Shown here: positions 1-12,494 of the stretch, one piece after another
Layout of the letters: each line of letters begins with the position of its first letter
How positions within the stretch are numbered: position 1 is the stretch's first letter
From: Octopus sinensis
Taxonomy: Eukaryota
Direction: 5' to 3'
DNA: 64,000 nucleotides
Assembly: GCF_006345805.1 (NCBI RefSeq)
Contig: NC_043001.1
Span: forward strand, 6,386,001-6,450,000
Program-made: the position numbers and the translations under genes
Notes under the pieces: generated by a model
What the model was told of the DNA's origin: nothing
Databases searched by the model: none
Seen by the model: only the letters and a program-made list of their open reading frames with translations

Positions 1-43
1 ACCATTGCTGCGGTATGTGAAAATGTAAGATTCATTTGTGCCT

Positions 44-243
44 CATTGGACGTTTCGCATTGGACGTTTCGCCTTCATCAGTTATCCTGGGGAAATTTCC
101 TACCTGAGTTCTCATTCCTGAGGCATTTTTTAGATATTATTATTATTATTATTATTAATATGTTTATCATTATTCAGGTCACTGCCTGAATCGCAATCGG
201 AATCTTAGTGTTAGCATCCCGCTCCCTTAACCACTACGCCATA
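44..243 (-). mobile_element. tRNA-head/hammerhead-tail SINE family (here 'H1'), diverged copy
   Basis: The minus strand reads tatggcgtagtggttaagggagcggg...gattcaggcagtgacctga (A/B-box tRNA-like head), then an (AAT)n linker, aaaatgcctcaggaatgagaactcagg, and CTGATGAaggcGAAACGTC. Colinear with the copies at 13854 and 39968. Confidence 0.75.
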
Positions 244-418
244 CTTTGTTTAAGTTTGGTGATTAGATTTCTTATAGTCTGCCCAAAATGCCACATTTCA
301 TGATGCCTTTTGTCCTTTTCATCACGATCCTACCACTGAAATTCTTCGAAACTAATTACTCGATGGAAGTGAAAACAGCGGACGTGCAAACCCAATGCCT
401 CACAATCACACACATACA

Positions 419-459
419 AGTATATATATATATATAATATATATATTATATATATATAT

Positions 460-558
<99 letters not shown>

Positions 559-562
559 GTGT
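419..562. repeat. (TA)n-(TG)n compound microsatellite
   Basis: Read directly from the sequence. Confidence 0.97.
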
Positions 563-1423
563 GACTAGATGTGTATACCATTTTGAGTCAAAGTATGTGT
601 GTACGTATTTAAAATTCTCCTTGATTGAAGCACTCGTTTGAAGCAGTATGATAACTTCGTTTTACTTATCTCTTTATTCTCGTTCTGCGTTTGAACCTAA
701 AGCATGCTTTATCTCTCATTTTTAATGCGATATAATTGCTTTCATAATTATGATTGCAGTACGTGTTTTTTAAAACAGTTTATTAGGAAGATGAACTTCA
801 TGGTTTTCATCTAATGCCAGATTCGTGAAGCTTCTCTGTATCATACAGTAGGGAGTTGTAGTGAGTCATATGCAAAGATGTAAAATCTATGAATTTAAAT
901 GGCATTGAATACAAGAACAGACACGTTCCAATAAATTTGTGATAGACACGAAATACAGTTATAGAATGTTGAGATATATACGCATTTGTTTGTGTGTCTG
1001 TTATGTGTGTACATGCGTTTGTGTGTAAAATTGGGGAAAAGGACTCTATTCACATTTCATACTGTCTATTATAGTTATTGAAGTTGTACTACAGCTATCA
1101 TACACTGAACTGTTTCCGAAATATTTATACGGCTGCGGCCTGTTATTCATAGAAGCTGTCGGTAAATTCAATTATATATTATGTTGTAAATCTAGAGGAA
1201 AAAAAAAGTATGATGGCGTTGATAGACATGCGCAACTACATAACACAAAGTACGTTAATATTCAGTCCTGTAGAGACGAAGGTAATAAAATAGAAGCAAA
1301 TTACGCTGAATATGAAGTGGATGCTAGTAGCAAAAGGAATATCAAATATATTGTGATACGCACCACGTCTGGGAAGCCAGTTATCTGCTAAGCGAAATAT
1401 ATAATGATATTAGTGAGCTGTAG

Positions 1424-1860
1424 AAGGCGGTAAGCTAGCAGAATCGTCAGTACGGTGCTTACTGTGCTTAGCGGCATTTCATCCTTGTGTTCACATTGAG
1501 TTCCCATTCTGCTGAGGATTTGCATTTAAAAGATTCGTGGTTGATAATAAATACCTATTTCTTTACTACCCACAAGGGGCTAAACAGAGAGGGGACAAAC
1601 AAAGACAGACAAACGGAAAAAGTCGATTACATCAACTCCAGTGCGTAACTGGTACTTAATTTATCGACCCCTAAAGGATGAAAGGCAAAGTCGAGCTCGG
1701 TGGAATTTGAACTCAGAGCGTAACGGCAGGCGAAATACCGCTGAGCATTTCGCCCGGCGTGCTGACGTTTCTACCAGCTCACCGCCTTATGGCTGATAAT
1801 AAATACCAATTGAGCACTCACTAACCCGAAATTGCTGACATTGTTCCCGAATTTCAAAGC
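1424..1860 (+). mobile_element. Old copy of SINE family A, interrupted by a younger copy
   Basis: Degenerate head aaggcggtaagctagcagaatcg at 1424. The element continues after 1790 as gataataaataccaattgagcact...aaattgctg. Confidence 0.6.
1556..1788 (-). mobile_element. SINE family A (head ggcggcgagctggcag; core cctttcatcctttcggggtcgataaattaagtaccag, Meta-domain-like)
   Basis: High identity to other copies in the window. Flanked by a direct repeat tgg(t/c)tgataataaatacc at 1538-1555 and 1790-1807, a target-site duplication (TSD). Confidence 0.9.
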
Positions 1861-2106
1861 GATGTTGCCGAGCTGTTTCTATGGTTACGATGTGCCATTT
1901 ATATTTGTCTGATTCAGAGCGATATTGTAGTCAGTGTTGTTTTATACAAAGATGAATTCTGGTTTCCACAATTTGTTCTGAAAAAAAAGCGAGCTTTCTA
2001 TCGTAGCCAGACGTTTGCTCACGACACTGGATTTCAAAGTTTGTTTTAGATGAAGTATAGTCGGAGGACGATCATTCTTTGTAAATACCTGTTGAGTCAC
2101 GATAAC

Positions 2107-2144
<38 letters not shown>

Positions 2145-2564
2145 AATTCGTGCAGACGGGAGAGACTTATATATTGGTACATCGATGTATATTTAATGAT
2201 TGTTTAAAAATATTGGTGCTATTTGGTGAAGAAGTAATCCTGAGGCGTCAGCGAGAAGTCACATTGTATAAATATTTATATTCCGCATCAATAGATGCCA
2301 CTTGGATACGTGTGAAAATAAGGGGGCATTCTATCGAACACTGCCTGCATAGAAATGCCAGATATTAAAAGTGTCGATGACGAACAGATTCCTGACGATG
2401 GGGATGGCAACTATGATGCTGACGATATGATAAAGTGCACGTGATGATGACAATAATGAGGTTAGTACAAGAAAAGATCCTTGAGAAGATAATTGTGTTG
2501 GTTTTCTCGTTGGGATAATCGACGATTATGGAAGTTACGACAGTGGAAACCATAAAAGGAAACA

Positions 2565-2621
2565 AGATGATATGATGATGACGATGATGACGACGACGAT
2601 GATGATGATGATGATGATAAA

Positions 2622-2661
<40 letters not shown>

Positions 2662-2700
2662 GCGGTGGTGATGATAATCATCATGATGGCGGTGACGGTG
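2565..2700. repeat. (GAT/GAC)n trinucleotide microsatellite
   Basis: Read directly from the sequence. Confidence 0.95.
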
Positions 2701-4616
2701 CTAATATTAAAAACAGAAAAATAATTTACTCTTCTGCACGATCAGAAGTGGTTGATGCCAGTAAAGGCGTTAGTGATGATGTGATTGATTATCGATGTGT
2801 TGCTGGGGACATGAATGCTTAAGAAATGTAAAAGACAAGGTGTGGTTCTTGTAGATACATTTGAAAATGTTTAAAGCGAAAATGATTAAAATAACGTAAT
2901 CGGCTTCGGTTTCTTCGTATTATTTGCCAGCGGTCGACTATCAAACGTATCCGATACGCAATTCACCTCCCTTTCAAATAGACAGTCATCTCATAATGTT
3001 TGAACTACCATTGACTGAATGTTGTCAATATATTCAAACTTACCTGAAACTTATTCACAAAATATGTTTCCCGCTATTGCGTAATTATTGAACTTGAAAA
3101 TCTTGATACATCAAAGAACATGGCTAGTTAATATTATATGCTTCCCCTTCCTTTATATCCTAATAATCATTGCTTCGACAGCATTTCTAATTCCGTTCCA
3201 CAATGTGCGAAATTTAATTGAAATTCTTTCAGCGCGTCTCTTTTATTGGTCCAGATCAGAATTCTTTTAGATTTGCATTTCATTGGCTGAAGGCAATTGA
3301 TATGGAATCTTTAATATATTCTTTCATTGTTATTGGAAGGAACCATAACTATTCTCAGACTGATTAAAACTAAGCCGTGCATCTTTGATTTCAGTTTCTT
3401 TGTGTACACGAAATGGCCATCCGAAATCCCTTCAGAAAACATTCTCCATTTCGAATTGGTATAAAGATTCTTTCGGTTTTCTATCAGCTTTTATCTAAGC
3501 AGTAGATATGATTAAATAAAGCATCATATCCATTCAATTCATTCGCCCTTAATCTTTACTCAAAGGCTCGCTATTGTACCATCCAAGCGTATTATCCATA
3601 AACAAATAAATATATTCGTGTAATCTAGATGTTTGCTAGTGTACATTTCACTGGCAAACACAGAAAAAGTCGATATATATAGAGAGAGTGGTACTGGTGA
3701 CATGGCGAATATATTTTATATACTTTCAGTTTGATATGGATAATATTGCATTCAATATATTTTCTGAGAATCAGAATCTAATTTTGTATTCATATTTCCC
3801 TTGTGAGACAGCACCTGGAAGCCATATTGTGTATACACACGAAATGTAATCTATAATCTTGTCAACTAACGTACGACAATTTCATCTCCAAAGTATAAAA
3901 TGATGGAAAATTTCAAAAACGTTTACGCACAATACAAACTGCTTCTCACCTTTGAAGATGCGTACCGCGATATATGATGTGTAGCAGAACATTTATTGGA
4001 GATTTTAAACTGAGAAACCAATTGCGTCGTTTTCAACACCATTAAATATATATTGCATGTGGATCCATCAAAGGATGTGCCGCAGGTATGCGTCCATGGT
4101 GTAAGGTCATGTTCGATTATCTCCCTTACAACGCTCTCCAGATACATTCTGGTGGAAACCAAGCGTGCTAACACCTATGACACGTCTTTATATCTTAGTA
4201 GTGTATATCTCACTCATTATATGAAAACCAACATCAAACATATTCAAACATTAGGAAAGAGCGGCGGAGTTTATTCTGAATTCCCTCCATACACATAAAG
4301 GTATAAGACTCTAACTTCTTTTCTTTTTTCTTTTCATTTTTCACGATCATACTATATACATACGTATATCTGTGTGTCTTTGTGCTTATCTGTGCCTTTA
4401 TGTGTATGTATAAATATGTGTGTGTGTTAGTGTGTGTGAATGTATATATATATACATATATTTGAATATATGAATATATATATGCATACATATATAGAAA
4501 TTTGTGTATATATCTACCTATTTATCTACCTATCTACGTATCTATCTATATTTATATCTATATCATATATATATATATTAATTATATATATATATATATT
4601 ACACATACATACACAC

Positions 4617-4669
<53 letters not shown>

Positions 4670-5195
4670 ATATACTGTAGATCAGGATACGAGTGGAGTC
4701 AGGGCGCGTGAATATTACGGCACCAGGTCGGGTCGAAAAATGAAATATGTACACAACTAAAGTAGAGGAATGCATTTGCAGATACTAGAGTACAAATAGA
4801 AAGATCTTCAGGTTATATATACGATTATCTGTACCCGCTTGAATTTATCAGTAACCCTGAAGCTAATCAAGAAGCGGACGTTGTGCTAAATGTAAAGGTC
4901 CCTAATACATTTCGGATCTACGAAAGGAGCAGGTTCCAAGTGAAGTAAATAAAAATTAAACAAATAATAACAGGTGAATAAAGTGTCAATTACTCGCAGC
5001 TCTTTCTACCGAATTTCCAGTTCTTTAATGGAGACATTATATCATATCCAAAAAAATCGTTTTCATCTGGTGAATACATGAGCCGCAACATTAAAACACA
5101 ATCAAAAGCCAAAGTATTCAAGCGGAGAATTCGGCTTTTTTTCTAATGTTGTAATATCACTGCTAATCAATTAAACAATAGTTGGAAAGAACTGC

Positions 5196-5587
5196 AGTGA
5201 AGTGGTAAGTCGCTTGCTTAACAACCACATAGTTCCGGGTTCAGTCGCACTGCGTGGCGCCTTGGGTGTTTTCTACTATAGCCACTGATCGACCAAAGCC
5301 ATGTGAGTGGATTTGGTAGACGGAAACTGAAAGAATCCCGTTGTATATATGTATATATATGTATGCGTGTGTATGTCTGTGTGTCTGTGTTTGTCCCCCA
5401 ACATCGCTTGACGACCGATGATGATGTGTTTGCGTCCTCGTAGACTAGCGGTTCGGCAAAAAAGACCGACAGAATAAGTACTAGGCTTACAAAGAATAAT
5501 TTCTGGGGTGCACATGTTCGACCAAAGGCAGTGTTCCATCATTGCTGCAGGCAGATGACTGAAATATATAAAAGAGTACAAGAGTAT
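5196..5587 (+). mobile_element. SINE family B (tRNA head, CORE-like segment, internal microsatellite)
   Basis: gtggtaagtcgcttgcttaacaaccacatagttccgggttcagtcgcactgcgtggcgccttggg..., ending in aaagagta repeats. Matches the copies at 10652, 19545 and 63104. Confidence 0.88.
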
Positions 5588-5614
5588 GTAACTTTCTATT
5601 TACGCGTAGGACTG

Positions 5615-6280
5615 GCCATATCGTGAAGAACCCTTCGTTGTAGAAGCAGGTTCTCAGTTTCAATCCCATTAAATGTCACATTGGCTCAGTCTTTTCTGCT
5701 ATAATCCCTGATCGATTAAAGCCTTTGGAGTGAATTAGGTAGGCGGAAACTAGGTGGAAACAAGCCGTATATTATGTGTGCTCTTGTGCCTATGTATTTA
5801 TGTATGACTGTATGGTTGTGTATGTGTACGTGTGTTTTGATGAGTGTGTGTATGTATGTGCACGTATTTGTGCGCGTGTGTGTGTTGCTGTGTATGTGTA
5901 TATGTGTGTCGGTATCCGTATGTGTGTGTGTGTTTGCATGTGTGTGGTTTGTTGTGTGTATGCGTTTGTGTGTTGGTATGTGTGCGTGTGTTTGTGTCTG
6001 TGTATTAGTGTGTGTGTCTATGTATGTTTGTGCATGCTTGTGTGTGCGCGTGTGTGTGTCTGTCTGTGTGTATCTCTGTGCATCAATCCATCGTTCCCTG
6101 CCACCGTTTGGCAATCGGCGTTTCATTTTTCTGTTACCCCAACTTAGTAGTTAATCAAACGAGCCGATATAATAAATAACAGATTTACAAAAATAAGCAC
6201 TGGCGGTCATATACTCGATGAACACCTTCAAGGCAGTGCTCCAGCATGGCCGCAGTAGAATGAGAGAAATAATCAAACGA
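5615..6280 (+). mobile_element. Degenerate family B SINE with a greatly expanded internal (TG)-rich tract
   Basis: Remnants ttaaagcctttggagtgaattaggtaggcggaaact before the TG tract and ggcagtgctccagcatggccgcagt after it. Confidence 0.6.
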
Positions 6281-6632
6281 TATGCCACATATACTACATA
6301 CTTTCTTGCAGACGCTGTATATATTTTTATATCAAGCAATCAATTTTTGTCACTTATTTCGCACTTTATATTTTCGTTATATAGTATGTAATTGTCAGTA
6401 TATGCGCAGGAAACCTGTTGTATGTATATATATATATATATATATACGTATTTATGTGTGTATCTGTATGTGTATATATATTTATATGTGTACGTGAGTG
6501 TTTCGTGAAAAGTAACGCACAGAAGTGCCAGATCGTCAAGTTAAATACCAGATGCACCATCATGGCCGCAGTCCAATGACTGAAAGAAGCACTATACATA
6601 CATGAATATACACCATATATACATATATACAT

Positions 6633-6666
<34 letters not shown>

Positions 6667-6671
<5 letters not shown>

Positions 6672-6878
6672 CTTTACTGACCACAAGGGGCTAAACATAG
6701 AGGGGACAAACAAGGACAGACAAAGGGAGTAAGTCAATTACATTGACCCCAGTGCGAAACTGGTACTTTATTTATCGACCCCGAAAGGATGAAAGGTAAA
6801 GTCGACCTCTGCGGAATTTGAACTCAGAACATAGCGACAGACGAAATACCGCTAAGCACTTCGCCCGGCGCGCTAACG

Positions 6879-6883
<5 letters not shown>
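6667..6883 (-). mobile_element. SINE family A monomer
   Basis: tatttctttactgaccacaaggggctaaac...gctaacgtttctg. Confidence 0.9.
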
Positions 6884-6948
<65 letters not shown>

Positions 6949-6953
<5 letters not shown>

Positions 6954-7124
6954 GCACCCACTACACTCTCGGAGTGGCTGGCGTTAAGAAGGGCATCCAG
7001 CTTTAGGAAGTCTGCCAGATCAAGATTGGAGCCTGGTGCAGCCATCTGGTTCGCCAGCCCTCAGTCAAAATCGGCCAACCCATGCTAGCATGGAAAGCAG
7101 ACGTTAAACGATGATGATGATGAT
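6949..7124 (+). mobile_element. 3' part of a V-domain-like SINE with (GAT)n tail
   Basis: tggcgttaagaagggcatccagc motif and terminal gcagacgttaaacgatgatgatgatga. The family assignment is from recalled consensus, not a search. Confidence 0.65.
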
Positions 7125-7307
7125 ATATATGTATATATATATATATATATATATTGTATCCACAGTGCCTATATTATCTGACGCGTTTCAAGACTATGCG
7201 ATTCCATACTTTCCCGACTTTCTTCCAATTACTCAGCGGCAATAGTTAAAACGCTCCATTAATCATCAGAATCCAGCTATTTGAGAAGCTTGACACCTTT
7301 AACTTAC

Positions 7308-7328
7308 AATCTTTTCGCTGTGCTTTGG
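7308..7328 (-). other. Candidate 21-nt microexon
   Basis: Minus strand: tttattgtcttccag|CCAAAGCACAGCGAAAAGATT|gtaagt. Length is divisible by 3 and there is no internal stop in any frame. Confidence 0.35.
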
Positions 7329-8502
7329 CTGGAAGACAATAAATGTTCTCATATTTACGAGTTACAGATGCAATTAGGAACATTAAAAAGAAAGCAAGAC
7401 AAAAAAACAAAAAACAGAAATCGAAAAAAACTAAGAGAATTAAGTTGACGTATGCAGTAAGGAAGTAATATGAGAGAAGTGAATTAAAATACACAGTATT
7501 CGGTGACAGGAAGCTGGAGCTAATAAATCATCCAGCTGAACGATTATTTTATCACATTTTTGGAATGCAAGTATCTACAACTGTAACCATTTGGTCAAAT
7601 TAAATCCCAAAAAGACCCCAAAAAGAAACAAAAAAAGAAGCGGTTATCATTTTCAAAGTGTCGAACGATTCATCAGTTTCGTGTAACGTTCACACATTAA
7701 AGCACAGTAATACCGTATTGAAATTTCTTCCCGGAATAAATTACAGAACTTTCTGTGCAGTGTAATGTTTTAAATGGATTGCGAAAGTGATTTTTCGAGA
7801 AAACATAATGAAGAGTAAATGCAGCATATTCTTTTTATAGGCTTCTCATTTTCTTTTTTTATTCCATATTAACCTCTAAAGTAACAGATATTTAATCGAA
7901 GACTTCCCAGCAATGATTATAAGTTCTTTAATATAATTTCACTGAAGAGTCTGGTTGTTATTCTACAAGATTCTCCCGATCAAATCCACCATTAGCTCAT
8001 AAGGAAGGCTAAATTTCAGGGAACTCATTCAAAAGGGCATTTCTTTGTTTGGTTTTCTGCTCTTTTTCAATAGAATTGGTTTCAAACCAGCCTCATTAGC
8101 AAACGAAAGATTTTATCAATGAATGTCAATGAATGCTTATAATGGAATATTCTGGATGTCCAAGGTTTTCAATTATTACATTCATATATTATGAGATTGA
8201 AATTCGTTTGACGTGACATAGTTGACAATATATTGGGAGTTTGAGGTCGAAACTAGATAAATCATTAAAAATTGCTTTGAAGAACATCATCACACACACG
8301 TATAATGTAGACTAATTCACACACGGAAGCTTCCAATGATAATACATACATATATATATGTACGTACATAGATATTCACACACAAAACAACACACAACAT
8401 ACGTACACACCAAAACCTATACATACATTCATAAACGATATATGCGTGACTGGTTTGATTGTATGTGTGCATTGGTGTAATCAAAAGACAAACTGAAACA
8501 GG

Positions 8503-9085
8503 GCGGCGAGCTGGCAGAACCTTGAGCACGACGGGCGAAATGCTTCGCGGTATTTCGTCTGCCGTTACATTCTGAGTTCAAATTCCGCCGAGGTCGACTT
8601 TACCTTTCATCCTTTCGGGGTCGATAAATTAAGTACCAGTTACGCACTGGGGTCGATGTAATCGATTTAATACCTATGTCTGTCTTTGTTTGTCCCCTCT
8701 GTGTTTAGCCCCTTGTGAGTAATAAAGAAATAGGTATTTCGTCTGCAGTTACGTTCTGCGTTCAAATTCCGCCGAGATCGACTTTGCCTTTCATCCTTTC
8801 GGGTTCGATAAATTAAGTACCAGCTACGCACTGCGGTCGATGTAATCAACTTTTTCCGTTTGTCTATCTTTGTTTGTCCTCTCTGTGTTTAGACCCTTGT
8901 GGGTAGTAAAGGAGTAGGTATTTCGTCTGCCGCTACGTTCCGAGTTCAAATTCCGCCGAGGTCGACTTCGCCTTTCATCCTTTTGGGGTCGATGAATTAA
9001 GCACCAGTTGCGTATTGGGGCCGATCTAATCGACTGGGCCCCTCCTTCCAAATTTCGTGCATTGAGTCTAGAGTAGAAAGTATAT
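8503..9085 (+). mobile_element. SINE family A trimer (one head plus tandem 184-bp units)
   Basis: ggtatttcgtctgc recurs at 8549, 8733 and 8917. The last unit ends in the alternative tail ggccccctccttccaaatttcg...agagtagaaag. Confidence 0.92.
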
Positions 9086-10240
9086 AATATAACACATAAG
9101 AACTTTTGATTCATCACTGAGAGTAACAAATATCTGCTTCCTTTCTTCAAATGCTAGCATCTACTACACAGCCCTTCCTATGCATTTAAACACCTCGACA
9201 TGTTTATCGTTCACATTGAAGCCTTTATCTAGAAATCTTGATATCTTTGTTAGGTAGCTGCTGTGTATCTGGTATATATTGCTACTACTTCCCTTCCTTA
9301 GATGTGTCTACGATCTTATGTCACCAACTGAAATCGTATTGATGATAAAGAGCGATTCAGCCATGATCAATTCGTTTTAATTTGCGACACTATATAACTA
9401 GAATTGCATTATTAAAATGTGATGTAAGACTGCATAATGCGATTCCCGTGTGCTGTGGAGGAGATCAGGAGAATAATTTTAACCATTTGTATAATCAGTC
9501 AAGAATATTAAGTAAGGTCTACCAAAAACAATGTCTCTGTTTGATCCATAAAGAAATATTTGCTTATTCTAACTTTTTCTCCTTTACACAGAATACATTC
9601 TGCAAGTAGATATATGACTAACCAGTATACTTCCAAGTCACTTTCGATACGGAGAGTATTATTCGTGTTCAAGATTTCTTTATCCAAGATTTTTTACGCA
9701 AACAAAATTGTCGCAGCTCCGTTATCTTCAGCAGATATTTCTATACAGTGAAATTCTTTAACTTTTGAAATACGCCTGTATATAGGAGAGAAATAACAGT
9801 TTGATCTTTACAAACCTGCATTCCATTTTACGAAGTTATTTCAAAAGACAACTAAATTGAATTAAAAACGGATCACTTAACAAAACTACGCGTCTTTATC
9901 TAAAATAAAGAAAAACAATAACAAGAAAAAAGAAACAATATCTAAGCTAATATTTCTGATCTTTTTTTTGTGAAGTGAGTTGCATCATACGTATTATATA
10001 TTTTTGTTGGGGAATACTAAGTACCCAAAAGAAAATACCATGCGCTTATAAGAAAATAGTATGCAGTCCGCTGCAGTTTTCTTTGCAATGTAGGATGGTG
10101 ACTGTTTGAAATGTCAAAAGTAAAACCAAAGTTTAATCATCTGATGTTCCTTTCTCACAAGACACTGAATACACAAGCACGCACATTCTAATATCATATG
10201 CCTATATACATACACATGTGACATGTAAGTGTATGGATGG

Positions 10241-10307
<67 letters not shown>

Positions 10308-10401
10308 TATATATGTATATATATTAATATATATATTGTATATATATAGATATATATATATATATATATATATCTATATATATCTATATATGTATATATT
10401 A

Positions 10402-10620
10402 TGGCAGACACGTTAGCGCACCGGCGAAATGCTTAGCGGTTTTTCGTCTGTCGTTACGTTCTGAGTTCAAATTCCGCCGAGGTCGACTTGCCTTTCATCT
10501 TTCGGGGTCGATAAATAAATACCAGTTTCGCACTGGGGTCGATGTAATCGACTTAATGATACCTCTTCCTGTCCTTGTTTGTCCCCTCTATGTTTAGCCC
10601 CTTGTGGGCAATAAAGAAAT
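10402..10620 (+). mobile_element. SINE family A monomer inserted in (TA)n
   Basis: tggcagacacgttagcgcaccggcgaaatgcttagcgg...ggcaataaagaaat. Confidence 0.9.
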
Positions 10621-10651
10621 ATATATGTATATATATATATATATTATATAC

Positions 10652-10867
10652 TCTACTCTTTTTTTACTCTTTTACTTGTTTCAGTCATTTGACTGAGGCC
10701 ATGCTGGAGCACCGCCTTTAGTCGAGCAAATAGACCCCGGGACTTATTCTTTGTAAGCCCAGTACTTATTCTATCGGTCTCTTTTGCCGAACCGCTAGGT
10801 GACGGGGAAGTAAACACACCAGCATCGGTTGTCAAGCAATGCTAGGGGGACAAACACAGACACACAA

Positions 10868-10906
<39 letters not shown>

Positions 10907-11058
10907 CATATATACGACAGGCTTCTTGTGAGTTTCCGTCTACAAATCCACTCAAAAGGCATTGGTCGGCCCGGGGCTATAGCAGAAGACACTTGCCCAA
11001 GATGCCACGCATGGGACTGAACCCGAACGATGTGGTTGTGTAGCAAGCTACTTACCAT
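10652..11058 (-). mobile_element. SINE family B
   Basis: ttactcttttacttgtttcagtcatttgactgaggccatgctggagc...agcaagctacttacca. Confidence 0.9.
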
Positions 11059-11113
<55 letters not shown>

Positions 11114-11116
11114 TGT

Positions 11117-11427
11117 GGAGGCGCAATGGCCCAGTGGTTAGGGCAGCGGACTCGCGGTTGTAGAATCGCGGTTTCGATTCCCAGACCGGGCGTTGTGAGT
11201 GTTTATTGAGCGAAAACACCTAAAGCTCCACGAGGCTCCGGCAGGGGATGGTGGCGATCCCTGCTGTACTCTTTCGCCACAACTTTCTCTCACTCTTTCT
11301 TTTGTTGGCCTACTCGCTTAGCCAGCGGGTTGGCGTCATTTGAAGGCTAAAACAATACGAAGCGCATTGTGACCAGCGATGTGTAGCAACGTCTGATAGC
11401 CTGGTCGGTCACGGTGATCACGGTGAT
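11117..11427 (+). mobile_element. tRNA-Arg-like SINE (family C), full length
   Basis: ggcgcaatggcccagtggttagggcagcggacTCGcgg...ggtttcgattcc gives an A box, a TCG pseudo-anticodon and a B box. The 3' tail is (cacggtgat)x2. Confidence 0.8.
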
Positions 11428-11465
11428 ATATATATATATATATATTTGTATATGTATATATATAT

Positions 11466-11556
<91 letters not shown>

Positions 11557-12010
11557 GTAAACAGTAAAAAAACGTTGTAGCATCCATCTCGATTGCTAAG
11601 TTGAGTATCACATGTGATTTCTCTAAAATGAATTGGTCATAGTGACTTCGAAGTTAAGTTTGCGTCATCCCAATCAAATTCTATGACAAAGGTGAGTAAA
11701 CTAAAATTTCGAAGTTACAGTGATCCTAAAACTCTCTCTCAATATATTTCTCTCTATCTCATTACTCTCTTTCTCTCTCTTCCTTGCTCATTCACTCACT
11801 ATATATATATATACGAAGGACCATACTTACGGAGGTAATTACCAGGAGTGCCACTGGATACTTCTTTCCCGTAGAGGACTTAATATCTCTAATTTACACC
11901 TTGCATAATACACACACACAAACACACACACACACATTCATTTCTCAGAGCTCCTAATTTTATGTTTATGTGTATGCATGAATAAGTGGTTATGTATGTA
12001 CTTGTGCCAG

Positions 12011-12074
<64 letters not shown>

Positions 12075-12494
12075 TATCAACATGATTTTTTGCATGCGTA
12101 TGTTGCAGTCTATGGACAACAAATCTTATTTCGGTTTTTACAACGCTCTTGGGACAGGACTATACCATATGACTTGACAGTCATTGATATGTTGCAAAAA
12201 CCCTTACATAGAATATTTTGATGAGATGGAATGATCTAGCGGACAACAACAGAACAGGTGAAATAATTAGCAAGCACAGATTGCTTGATTAAATAGTAAA
12301 ATAATTAGGTCAATGCAATCATAGCCGACTCACAGGCAGACAGCCTGATGAGGGAGAAAGTGATGTGGAGATGAAGGGTAGGACCGAGGCGACAAATTGT
12401 AGAAGTGGGCGAAACAATATTGACTGAAACAAGATGTTATGTAAATAATAACTTTGGAGATGTTCAATGAAACATTATCTGTGTACGAACATGT

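Noticed and set aside
8549-9030. CRISPR-like or satellite interpretation of the 184-bp periodicity
   Set aside because: Whole units repeat with no unique spacers, the context is eukaryotic, and the arrays are SINE multimers, some bounded by TSDs.
12340-12430. cagcCTGATGA...GAAACaatattgactg as a hammerhead
   Set aside because: No convincing stem II, no GUH after the loop, and a single copy.
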